Assembly (NCBI RefSeq): GCF_037042905.1
Contig: NC_087258.1
Span: forward strand, 27,590,001 to 27,654,000
DNA: 64,000 nucleotides
Source: Lytechinus pictus
Taxonomy: Eukaryota
Direction of reading: 5' to 3'
A program made the position numbers and the translations under genes. The notes beneath the pieces were generated by a model. The model worked only from the letters and a program-made list of their open reading frames with translations. It had not been told where the DNA came from and did no database searches. Every line of letters begins with the position of its first letter. Position 1 is the stretch's first letter. Below, one piece after another: positions 49,330-60,406 of this stretch.

Positions 49330-50050
49330 GTCAATATATTGCTGGTAAAATTGAAGCTTTTGAGCTGATAGAGGTACTTCAAAAGTTTGGCCCTTTTTTC
49401 ACTGTTAGTATCCATTAGAATGGGACTAATTTATACATATGAAATAATTGCTAATTTACATAAATTAGCATATTTTGCATGAAGACGGGATTTTCAATAG
49501 CACGTTTGATAGGGAAAATTAAAGCTATCGATCTGATAGAGATTTTCTCTAAGTTTGCTTTCTTTTTATTCCTTTTTACTAATTTTTACTATTCATGCAT
49601 AAATTAACTGCTAATTTACATTAATTAACATTATTTTGCATGAAGACACAATTTTCAATATCATGTTTGATAAGGAAATTTAAAGCTATTGACCTGAAAG
49701 AGACTTTCCTAGTCAATTGGTATCGCTTTATTTACTTTTATTAATTAATTCCTATTGGCATATGGCTTCATGCATAAATTACTGCTAATTTATATAAATT
49801 AGCATATTTTTGTATGAAGATGCAATTTTCAACACCATGTTCTGTGGGAAAAATTAAAGCTATTGACCTGATAGAGACTTTCCTAAAGTTTGGTATCTTT
49901 TTTATTAACTTTTATTAATCAATTCCTATTGGCATATGGCTTCATGCATAAATTACTGCTAATTTACATAAGTTAGCATATTTTTGCATGAAGATGCAAT
50001 TTTCAACACCATGTTCTGTGGGAAAAAATGAAGCTATTGACCTAATAGTG
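49330..50050. repeat. ~180-bp tandem repeat (subterminal, Academ-like element)
   Basis: About four units of CTGCTAATTTACATAAATTAGCATATTTTGCATGAAGA...AAAGCTATTGACCTGATAGAGACT. Confidence 0.75.
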
Positions 50051-50580
50051 ACATAGGGAAAGTTTGGTGCTTTTGTAAACTCTGTCCCCAAAACTTCAAA
50101 TTATGGGCCTAAGGCCCCTGACTAGATGGTGAAGATGGAAAGAAGGATGATCTCATGACTTGGGATGTTAATAAACCAATTTAAATGTACAGAATAATGT
50201 ATGGAAATCAAAATGTAAAGGCAACTATTAAAAGTGATAACAGCAAATTTGACAGTTACAACAGCATGAATATGAATCACGTTTGAATATACTTTGGTTG
50301 GTGTGTAATCCTATAGTACAAATAGGGCATGTTTATGCTTCCACTTTCTAGGCCAGAATCTGTGATTTCATACTTGATTAGCTCAAAACACAGATGTGTC
50401 CATGCCTATATTTATTTAAAATGCGTTTCAGACACATCACCTCTTTGGTCACATGGTATTTATGGAGATGATGCACAATAAATACTCATCAAAGCGGTAG
50501 GTAATGTGTTCCCATACGTGTCGGTGTGACTTGATATGATGAAGATACTAATACAACTAAATGTACATGGATCTCCATGG

Positions 50581-50973
50581 GGTAAATTGTCAATACGTCC
50601 ACTGCCAACTCGTCCACTCACCACATGGTCTACCTTCATTTAGTCTAATGCCATTCCGTCCAACATTTCGTCTCACAACCATTTGGTTCAATCATCACTT
50701 TGTCTAATCACCATTTTGTCTATTACCATTTCGTCTAATAACCAGTTGGTCTAATACCCACTTTTTTTTTCATTCATTTTGCACAATTAACACTTTAGTT
50801 TAATGAGGCCAAGTGGTATATGGACTAAATGGCCATTGAACCAACTGGTTATTAGACGGAATGGCATTAGACTAAATGAAAGTAGACCATGTGGTGAGTA
50901 GACGAACTGATGATAGACCAAATGGAAGGTGACAAGTTGGCAATTGGACAAATTGGCATAAGACGAGTAAACC
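50581..50973. mobile_element. MITE with TAGAC/GTCTA subrepeats
   Basis: CACCACATGGTCTACCTTCATTTAGTCTAATG / CATTAGACTAAATGAAAGTAGACCATGTGGTG; second copy at 63317-63720. Confidence 0.75.
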
Positions 50974-51482
50974 TCTCCATGGTTGGTCTTGAATCTTTGT
51001 GAAACAACATCCTGACGTTAGTTCATTTATTTTAAAACCTGATTGCATAATGGCTAATATAATTTGCACTCAAAACGCAAAATCCTTTTTGCAATGACCA
51101 CGTATATCCAAAACATTTCATACACTATGCAGCCTATACATCATAAACAACCAGCAAAGGAACATGTTAAGAAGCTCACCATTTATTGATCATTGGTAAT
51201 TCAATTATTTATAAGGACGGATATTCATCAAGGGTTCCATCCAGACCAAATTGGTTGAGCCCATAAAGGCTATCTGAGAAGTAAAACAACTCGTTGTATA
51301 CCAAGTGAATATAATCCTAAAAGAACCCCCCCCCTTACAAAGTTTGCAATTGGATATAAAGCATGACCATCTTGGCGATCATTCGTCATACAGACTTTGT
51401 TATTAACTTTATTCTAAAAAATTTTGTATATTTTCTTTTTTGTGTACAGATTCTTCAAGTTTGGTGCAGATGATCACCAATC

Positions 51483-53381
51483 ATGAGTAAGAAGAAGAAA
51501 GACCACATTAAAGGCCAAAGAGACCCCATCAATCTTGCCTCTATTATGATTGAAGTACGTGAATCCCGAGATACATGTCTCGTACTCAGTGTGGCCAGAA
51601 TTAAATCACTCTGTTCTACTCGCGAGGTGGATGTGAATTCTAGGAACCACCTTGGATGGTCACCTTTGATGATTGCATGTATGCACACAAACAATGAATT
51701 GGTTAGCCTTCTACTCGAGCATGGTGCTGACCCGAATGCTACAAGCACCAAAGGGGGTAACACACCTATGCATTTTGCATCAGTGGGATGCAATTGCTGC
51801 TGCTTGTGGGGAGAAAGCTGCGATTTATTCGATAGCTACCTTAACAAGGTAGCCAAGAAGCCAAGAATAGACATGATGAGGAACCTGATCAGTCATGGAG
51901 CAACCCTGCAGTGTAATTCTGATGGGTTGGATCCCCCATCATTTGCTGCACTACACAGATTCAAGGCTGCTGTGGACTTTTTCGTCAACAGAGGCACGTG
52001 TAGATTAAAGGTACCCGCTGAACAGAAAGCACGAGCCTGTGAAATCTATGCTGTGGTGCTTGCATTGACTATGGGCTTTTGCAAAGGTGATGATGTGACT
52101 CCTCATGAATATCTCTGTAAAGCGTTTGCTATCCGGAAGGGTAGTGGAGTGCCAGTACCAGATCAGGAGAGAGTAGGAATAGCCAATCATTTTCATTTAT
52201 TTAGAACAAAGCGGGCATGCACCACCGAAAAGGATTGGCAACGAATTCAATCTGACAATTGGGCTGTAAGAATTCAGTGCTTCCTAGTTGCAAGTAGAGT
52301 GTTACCAGTGAAAAAGAGGGACATATATCTCTTTCCAAGACTTCTAGCCCATGGACATGATTGTTATCTCTTTTCCAAAGGAAATGAACGGCGTTCTGAG
52401 GGTACTCAAATATTTGAGGAAGCAGTCCGATGGGAATTGAAGTCCACCACGGCCAAGCTGGGGAGTGTCCTGCAGATGATCCTTAATGTCCTCTACGTCA
52501 TTTTCTTTGTTAGGCGAGATATTCAGCTTAAACATGACCTGTTTGGGGAGTGCTACAAGCTTCTTGAACTATGTCTTCAAGAATTCACGGAACTCTCAGA
52601 TGCTCGTCTACACAAGTTTGCAACAGAGTTGGCCCATGATCACCTGGGAGCATTCCTGTATCATGTTCCTCTCTTTGATTTCTCCATGTCAAAGGAAATG
52701 TTCAAGTCACTTCTTCAGGTCTTTGGACGTATGATTTCCATGATGAGAAGAAGATGTGGAAGAAGTTCCCCATCAGTTACCCACTATATTATGGATAGGA
52801 TGGCTCAAATACTCTTGGACTCTGATAGTAAGGGTACATTGAAAGAAAACCGTTTGAAGCTGCTCATTTCAGCTCTAGTTCAGTGTGAAGATGCGACACA
52901 GATAAGTGACAGTGGTAATTCGATGTTGCATCCTTTGTTCAATATTATCGCGTTCGATCTGTATCCGTCGTTACTCCGGGATGTGTCTCTTATCCTTATC
53001 CGCAATGGATGTGATCCTGATGTTCGCAACGCTGATGGTAAGACTGTAAAAGAGATGTTTGTTAATTACGTATTCTTTGATCCAAACTCACCCAAGGACA
53101 AACAAGTGGTGACTGTCATCTCTCCGCCAACAGAAGTTTTGAGATTGGAAGAGATAGCAGCTAGGAAAATCTTGCGTCACAAGATCCCCCATGAAGGTAT
53201 TCTGCCGAGACACCTGTCTGTCATGGTTAAAGGAGAACCCGAACCAGACGCCAAGCTCTTTCTTTCAAGTCCTCCAAGATTTAATTTTAAGTATGGTGAT
53301 TGGAATTACGATGATGAGAGTTTGGATGAGTCCGATGATGATGATGATGATGATAGTTGGGATGGCGAGAATTATAATTAG
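51483..53381 (+). CDS. FEM1-like: FEM-1-like protein, paralog 7 (long subfamily, Cys-rich insert)
   Basis: 632 aa. GWSPLMIAC..GADPN..GNTPMHFA, ACTTEKDW..DNWAVRIQCFLVASRVLP, GNSMLH, NADGKT, RLEEIAARKIL..IPH..LPRHLSVMV, poly-Asp tail. Acceptor TGTACAG|ATTCTT (AG 51448-51449). Confidence 0.88.
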   Translation: MSKKKKDHIKGQRDPINLASIMIEVRESRDTCLVLSVARIKSLCSTREVDVNSRNHLGWSPLMIACMHTNNELVSLLLEHGADPNATSTKGGNTPMHFASVGCNCCCLWGESCDLFDSYLNKVAKKPRIDMMRNLISHGATLQCNSDGLDPPSFAALHRFKAAVDFFVNRGTCRLKVPAEQKARACEIYAVVLALTMGFCKGDDVTPHEYLCKAFAIRKGSGVPVPDQERVGIANHFHLFRTKRACTTEKDWQRIQSDNWAVRIQCFLVASRVLPVKKRDIYLFPRLLAHGHDCYLFSKGNERRSEGTQIFEEAVRWELKSTTAKLGSVLQMILNVLYVIFFVRRDIQLKHDLFGECYKLLELCLQEFTELSDARLHKFATELAHDHLGAFLYHVPLFDFSMSKEMFKSLLQVFGRMISMMRRRCGRSSPSVTHYIMDRMAQILLDSDSKGTLKENRLKLLISALVQCEDATQISDSGNSMLHPLFNIIAFDLYPSLLRDVSLILIRNGCDPDVRNADGKTVKEMFVNYVFFDPNSPKDKQVVTVISPPTEVLRLEEIAARKILRHKIPHEGILPRHLSVMVKGEPEPDAKLFLSSPPRFNFKYGDWNYDDESLDESDDDDDDDSWDGENYN

Positions 53382-53559
53382 GAATATTACAATGTGGAGC
53401 ATTTGCTTGTCACAGTGTCAATAAGGAGAATTGCTATGTGGAAGTCATGGTTAGGAGTACTAGCTGGATGCTGAAAAGGAGGAGTAAAGAAGAAGAAAAT
53501 GATTACTCTGATTTTGAGTTAGATATTACATGTCAACACTGAATACTATTCAGTCATGT

Positions 53560-53790
53560 ACTTGAAACAAAGGAGATCCTAGCCTTACAAGCCTTGCTTT
53601 TTCAGGGGTTCTCCTTGTCTTTCTCTCAATACGTTTAGTTATTTGCTATGTTTCTTTTTTTCTACTGTAACAATGATTTATGGTTAATTGATTTTTTTCA
53701 TTTGTAGAATGTGAAATCATACTTGTAAGATAAAATGTATGTGCAGAAAGAAAGACGAATAAATATCTTATCTTATCTTATCTTATCTTA
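53560..53790 (+). mobile_element. LINE 3'-tail remnant with (TATCT)n
   Basis: Stem-loop GGAGATCC..ACAAGCCTTGCTTTTTCAGGGGTTCTCC, then AATAAA and (TATCT)5; similar inverted tails at ~16760-16915 and ~59120-59365. Confidence 0.45.
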
Positions 53791-55336
53791 GTATTCCAAT
53801 TATCAGAGAATTGAATGATAATGTAAGCATTGATCCAGTTCACATCAATAATTTTTAACCACAATTGTAGGCCTACCTACTATGCTTCAACAACTACTAT
53901 ACTTATATACTAAAATTGTTTTATTACTGATGCACATTGCTCTAAACCAACAAGGACAAGGTGCTTAAATAGCAGTGTTCTCAAGTCACATTTGTTTTAC
54001 AGAGAGGTCTTTGATGATGACTGCAGTGTGGGCCTTTAACATATTGATAATAATAATATAGGCATATTACGGGTGTTTCACAAAGAGTAACTTAAAGTCA
54101 CACTGAAATGCCAAGAAGCACTCAACCTAATTCTTTGATGACTACATATAGTAGTTGGCATGATCAGACCAATGCGACGATGTGTTAAAACTTGGAATTT
54201 AAGTGTGATTTTTATAAGTCTTTGTGAAACAAACCCCTAAGACCAGTACAATGCATGGAATACTGAACAACCATGAATGTCAGAAATCTATTCCTCACAC
54301 AATGGAGTATAATGGTTTGCAGGAAATGTTTACTTCCTCTGAGGGAATCAAGCAGAAAAAGGGGTTCAAATGCATATAAAGGCAATTTTCCTTCAAATTC
54401 TCTATTTGAAATAACAGCATAATCTTTCAGATTTGCAAGCATAAAACCTGTTTCCTTGCCGTACATACTACATATATTCTATCAAAAGAAAAAGGATTTC
54501 ATTCTATAAAAGAGATGGCTTCTTGTTCTCAAGCTCAGGCTTTGCCCCATGAAATTTTCCTACTCAGATTGATCATCCATATTGGATGTCACAAAAGCTT
54601 TCATCCATCACATGCAAGTATACCTACATGTACCATTCAATAAACCCAGAGGAAAAATAACAGTGACCTTTTTATTCTACTAGAATAATAATTATTACCC
54701 TTCATAATTCACAATTATAGTGGCATAATTTTCTACTGAGGTATTTGGTTATTATCCCCACTGCAAGATGTCTTAGTAAATGTGTTGATGTTGGTGTTGT
54801 CACAAGTTTTGGTATTTGTCCATATTGCTCTTTTGACAGAGTAGTTTGCTGTTACATCATGTCCAGTGTGTTGATCGGTGTTAAAATTGTTTTGTGATCA
54901 TGATTTGGGCCTACAACCGTGTTCATTATTTTCCAATACATCTGTAGGACTACTTTGATGATAGAACCGCCAATTTGTAATCGGTAGCGTTTCATCATGT
55001 TTTGATGAAGAGTTTTGTTTGACTTGCAACGACTTGCTGAAAATCATTGCATCTTATCCAGTGGGGGATCCAGGGGGGGGGGGAGAACATCCCACCCTGC
55101 CCCCCCCCCCCATCCCCTCTAAGAGATGTAATAAAAATTATTTTTTAGTTAAAATTCTCGTCCATATGCAAGTGAAGGCCTTTTTTTTATGTAGGAAATC
55201 ACATACCAAACTCTACAATACATGAAATATAAGAGATGAGGTTCATTATCAAAATCATGGATAATTCAGGGTAGTTATCTTGCCAATTCGTGTGGGATTA
55301 GTAAAATAATATCAATTTTATGTCCAAACAAATTTT

Positions 55337-56439
55337 AGAAAATGCTGGAGTGAGTACTTTAAGACTTATTTCGATCTACGTATTGGCTTATTCACTAAAT
55401 GTTATTACTCGATATTTGAAACATTTCCGTTTTGAGATTTTAAAGAGTACTCAAGGGTCAAAGGAACATTTATTACAAATACATTTAGGATTGTAAAAGG
55501 TAATGAGGTCAAAAATTTGCAGATATATTGAAAAATAAATTGAGTATTCAAGCTTCATGAGGTAGGCTATGTTCCACAGGAAGGCACAGATGCTAAATTC
55601 ATAAAGTTAAGGTTTCTTGAAGTATGCTTATTTTTAGTCAGGTATGTGTATACACTTGTTTATTTCGAAAGTTCAATATTTTGAAATGTGCAAATTACAT
55701 ATACTAATACGTTCATTAGTCCAAATGAAAAATTGGGTTCGCAAATTATATTTGTGGCGTTATTCCAAAGGTTTGTTCATCCAACAAAAATATGAAGTGT
55801 GTTACAAGATAAATTACTGTACAAGTCGTAGGCCTATTCGGAATGTTGAACCTCATTTCAAACCCTCAGATTGCCTTATCTTTGAATTATTCTATCCCAT
55901 GGAGTAACAAACCTTTGAGAAAATGCTGGAGTGAGTACTTATAAAGATTTATTTCGATTTCCGTACTAGGCCTATTCACCAAATGTTATTACTCAATGTT
56001 TGAAACATTTCCATTTTGAGATTTTAAAGAGTACTAGGGAACATTTATTACAAATGCATTTAGGATTGTAAAAAGTAATTGGGAAACAGAAACTTGCAGA
56101 TATATGGAAAATAAGTCAAGTATTCTGGCTTCATGAGGCCCTATAGTTTACCACAGGAAGGCACAGATGCTAAATTCATGAAGTTAAGATTTCTTGAAGT
56201 GTGCTTAGTAGTTGGGTATGTGTATACACTCGTTAATTCCGAAAGTTTGTTATTGTGAAAAGCGCAATATGATACAGGTTCATTTTTGTAAATGATATTT
56301 GTAGAATTATTTCAAAGGATTGTTAATCCGCCAATAAGAGAAGGTACGTAATGAGATAAGTTCTGTGCAAGCCTTAGGCCTATTCGGAATATTGAACCTC
56401 ATTTCAAATCTTTGGATATCCCATGGAGTAACTAACCTT
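55337..56439. repeat. ~580-bp diverged tandem duplication
   Basis: AGAAAATGCTGGAGTGAGTACTT...ATCCCATGGAGTAAC occurs at 55337-55914 and 55918-56439. Confidence 0.8.
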
Positions 56440-57100
56440 CAAAATAACAAGCTATGCTTTAATGTTTGAAATACTGTCCTTTTTTTAATCTCATGCTCTC
56501 AGACAACAAAATAAAAGTTAATGATGAACAAGCAGGGCTTTTTTTTATCTGAGAGATAAATTTGGTCGAGATGTTCATTTTGAAGTAAAAAAATTACCAC
56601 CTGTGCCCTTTTTTCAGTTTGGATTTGTTATCTTCCAAACTACATAACCTGAAAATGTGTTCTGGTTTAAGATGTTTGATTGATTGTGATTATGCAATTA
56701 ATAAAGATTTTTTGGAAAGCATGAAAAGAGTATATTGCATTTGTATTGTGTACATAGTTCTATATATTTCTTTATGACAAATCCAAGCGGGAAAGTAATA
56801 ATGGCATCTCCCTACTTTTTATGTATTTCAAAATCACAATTATCTCAATTTTTTTGTTCAAACTCGTTATAATGGTGAATTGGCAAATTTTGTTACTCTG
56901 GAATATTTTACCCAAAAGAAATTTTATAGAATAAGAAGACAAGGGGAAAGGAGTGGCGTTACATCAAGCAGCTCGTTCATATACAACATATTACTCCAAA
57001 ATCTTTATGGAAAAAAATTTCATAACTTTTTGAACTTGTTATCTGATTTCTGCCTTTGTTGATTTGAGTTACCTGTTTAACCCATCTCAATTTCAGATCT

Positions 57101-57363
57101 GGGGCCGGTCTTACAAAGAAAAGCGAATCAATCGCAACTATGGAAAGCCAGCAAAGTCAACATATGAAATGCATGTTTGTTCAAAAAAATTCTAGATATG
57201 AATGTATATCCATAAAGTCGTTGATTTCTTGACAATTTGGTGTGTTCTCCTTTGTTTACAATTGACATTTTGCAAATTTCCTGTAGAAAAAATTATGACA
57301 CAGATGGATTTCCATAGAGTTATGATTGATTGGATCAATCATAACTCTCTGTAAGACGGGCCC
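57101..57363. mobile_element. MITE
   Basis: GGGGCCGGTCTTACAAAG / CTCTGTAAGACGGGCCC TIR. Confidence 0.7.
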
Positions 57364-58493
57364 TGTTACACTTACAAGTTTAGCCCCTTCCATGTTTGGT
57401 CAATTCTCTAATAGTGCATAATGCTTTTCCAATTCCTAACGAGATTTTGTTACGATTGTGTGTACCGTGAAACAGTATTATGAAATACTATGAAATATGC
57501 AATACTTTATTTCATAAATGTTGCTATTCTTGGTCAGGTCCTTATCAAAATGAATGTATCTGCTAAGTTTATCATTCCGAGTTCTTGATTTAGAGAGTAG
57601 TGAAAGAAACAGAAGAGGAATAAGGAATAAAAAGAAGAGAGGAGAGAAAGGAGCTTGGAAACAGAAGAGTGAAGGAAATTGAGGAGGAAGGGAAAGGGTT
57701 GAAGGGAGAGAAAGAAAAAAGCAAAGGAAAGAAGAAGAGAGAGGGTTAGTAAACGGGTAACTGAAAGTTTAGCCTCTCCCCTCGAGCGTTACAGGTTGAT
57801 GGATCGATGAGTTTTTTAAACATCTTTTTTTTTTTTTTTTAAGTTTTTTTCTCAGAGAGGAATTAGAAATAAAAAAGACATAGGAAGGGAAGCGTTCGCA
57901 GGTCCAGGGGGCCTTGTCCCACAGAAAATAATTGATTGAAAGAAAGAGGGCGTGAGGGAAAAATTATATTGTGAATCTAGAGGTCTAAATACCAAATGAA
58001 AAGTCGAGGGAAATTGAAAGATATGGGCAGATCGTCTTTGGGGCGGATCCAGAGAGCCGAAGCGACTGTGTCTCTACTGCATGCCTTGCGCAAAAAAAGG
58101 GGGAGAGAAGCAGGGGCGGCGATCGGGAGGGGGCTTGCACAACGCACTGAAAAGGTGCCCTTTTCACGCACGAAAAATGCCCCCTCACAAATTAACGTGT
58201 AATGTGCTCCTTTCACCTGAGGAGGAACCGTTTTAGGTGTTACCAAGTGCCCTTTCTCATATAAGTGCCAATTTTTACCCCCCAAAATACCCCCTCTCGA
58301 ATGTGTTCTGTGCCCCTTTCATCTCAGAAGGACCCAATTTATCTGTTAGCAAGTGCCATTTGTCGTATCTGCCAATTTTTACCCCAAAAATGCCCCTCAC
58401 GAACGTGTTCTATGCCCCTTTCACCTGAGAAGGACCCGTTTTATGTGTGAGCAAGTGCCCCCTTGCCTTCTTGTAAGTGCCCTTTTTGGCTCG

Positions 58494-60406
58494 GTGTAAA
58501 AATTGCAGGGGTAAAAATGGCACAGGTAAAAATGGCACAGGTAAAAATGGCACAGGTAAAAACGGCAGAGGTAATAATGGCAGAGGTAAAAATGACAAAG
58601 GTATAAATGGCCAGTCTTAAACCCCCATGCCAAAAAAATCAAATATCCCCTCCATGTACAGTAAATTAAATAAGAAAGGTTCTGAGAAGAAAATTTGAAT
58701 TATAATGTTTGACTAATGGAATGGGTAGCATTTTTTAAATCATACTGTAGATTTTCTGCACCAAATTGATAACACCTGAGTTGTTTTTTCTTACTTTTTT
58801 CCTGGACTTTAATACATGCACAGCCTTCTCATGTCAAATCGCTCTTCTAATATTCAAATTTGAAGCACACTTTGGATCCCAAGTATTGTACTTAGTCCAT
58901 TAAAGGAGAAATTCACCCTGACATAAAGTTTATTGTAAATATAACAGAAAATAATTAAAATGATATTGGTCAGGGTTTAAGGGAATCCATCAAAGATTTA
59001 AAAAGCTATTAGAATTTTATATTTTTATGGTGACGTTATTTGCAAGCAGTTTTTTACAAATCTGGTGTAATAAAAAATATCAATGAAATGTCATTAAAAA
59101 AAGGAAAATGGTTTTATTGTTTTTCAATTTTTTCAATTTTGATTTCAATTTATTTCATTTTCAACAGAACAAAGTAAAGTGGTCGAAATAATTACAATGA
59201 ACTTATGCAGACAAATTAAATTGAGGCATGTACAATATATGATATTTTTCCATAAGTAAAACAAAGTATTATATATTAGCAAAATATAATTATAAAATAA
59301 AATTCTGAGAAAATGGAGGGATCCACTAAAAAGCAGTGCTTGTATTAATTGGACCCCTCTAAATAATTATTGTAGTATATCAACATACAAATCATTTCAC
59401 ATCCGCTCCTGAAAGACTTTTTTAGCAATCATGAACCACTGATTAAAAATTTGAAAAGTAATACGGGGCAGCTGCTCGTATATGACGTCACAGATCAAAA
59501 ACTCAAACTTCTAATAACTTTCTTGATCTTTGATGGGTTTTCCGTAAACCTTCACCAATGAATTTTTCTGCTATTTTTACAGTAAATCATTTGTCAGGGT
59601 GAATTTCCCCTTCAAAACAGGTCGATTGAATGGTACCTAAGAAAAGCCTATAAATTTGAAATAAAATCCTTGATTCGCTACACATTTCCAAATTCATGCG
59701 GTAACTGTTACCATAGAAACTAGTTTAGGAACATGCCATCTACTGGACTAGCTGCAATGAGGTATTATTCTGAAAAATTAAACACTAATTGCTATTATTA
59801 TATCATTTACACTAAACTATATACGTATCATATCAATGTCTATTCGGATCCATTATGATGTTGAAATATGAAAAATTACTTTTATTACAGAACGTTTTGT
59901 TATTTTTCTGTTATCAAAGTGATGCAAGTGGTTCGAAGAAATCCCGAACTTGTCTATTTCAGTGTGTTGATGGTAGCGCACATTTGGTGTTTACATTAAA
60001 ATTCGTTTGGTATGTATGTGATTAAGTGCTGTTCTACTTTATGAAATGGCCAAGATAAATCCTTTAATCACTCACTAATTGAAATCATTTTGGCATGAAA
60101 ATGTTTGAGCTTAATCATATCAACGATAAAGTATAGAGCTGACCTAAAATGATTTAAAAATCTAAATAATATCTTTTCAGCTCATAATGCTCATTCCGTC
60201 GATAGGAGTCCATTCAAGGCCAATAATTATGACTGATATTAACTGGAAAGGCTCCGTCTCTTCCTAGTTGATATAGCATGTCATGATCTTTACCTCAGTC
60301 ATTTTTACCTCTGCCATTTTTACCTCTGCCGTTTTTACCTCTGCCACTTTTACCTCTGCCATTATTACCTCTGCCATTTTTACCTCTGCCATTTTTACCT
60401 GGCACC
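58494..60406. mobile_element. Nested element with inverted 15-bp tandem arrays (GGTAAAAATGGCACA)n
   Basis: Array at 58509-58610 and its reverse complement (ATTTTTACCTCTGCC)n at ~60288-60400. Confidence 0.7.
58904..59611. mobile_element. TTAA-type MITE nested within the above
   Basis: TTAA|AGGAGAAATTCACCCTGACA ... TGTCAGGGTGAATTTCCCCT; partial relatives at ~38585 and ~43833. Confidence 0.75.

Larger units (their letters stand above)
45740..50124. mobile_element. Academ-like non-autonomous transposon (~4.4 kb) with 3-bp TSD
   Basis: TIR TAGTCAGGGGCCTTAG..TTTTGGGGACAGA / TCTGTCCCCAAAA..CTAAGGCCCCTGACTA; TSD GAT at 45737-45739 and 50125-50127; subterminal tandem repeats. Confidence 0.8.

Noticed and set aside
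23985-51449. SL trans-spliced operon as the explanation for the acceptors
   Set aside because: The genes are kilobases apart with intervening TEs and I have no evidence for SL trans-splicing here; cis-splicing is simpler. Not formally excluded.
505-53381. Viral or bacterial-symbiont origin (poxvirus ANK/BC-box, Wolbachia ANK genes), or ASB/SOCS-box identity
   Set aside because: Spliceosomal acceptors precede each CDS, FEM1-specific helical motifs are present, and the box reads LPxxLxxxI (Cul2 type) rather than LPLP (Cul5 type).
58509-60400. 15-bp tandem arrays as a CRISPR array or coding repeat (ORFs PFLPV.. / IFTSA..)
   Set aside because: No unique spacers and a eukaryotic context; they are inverted subterminal arrays of a transposon.
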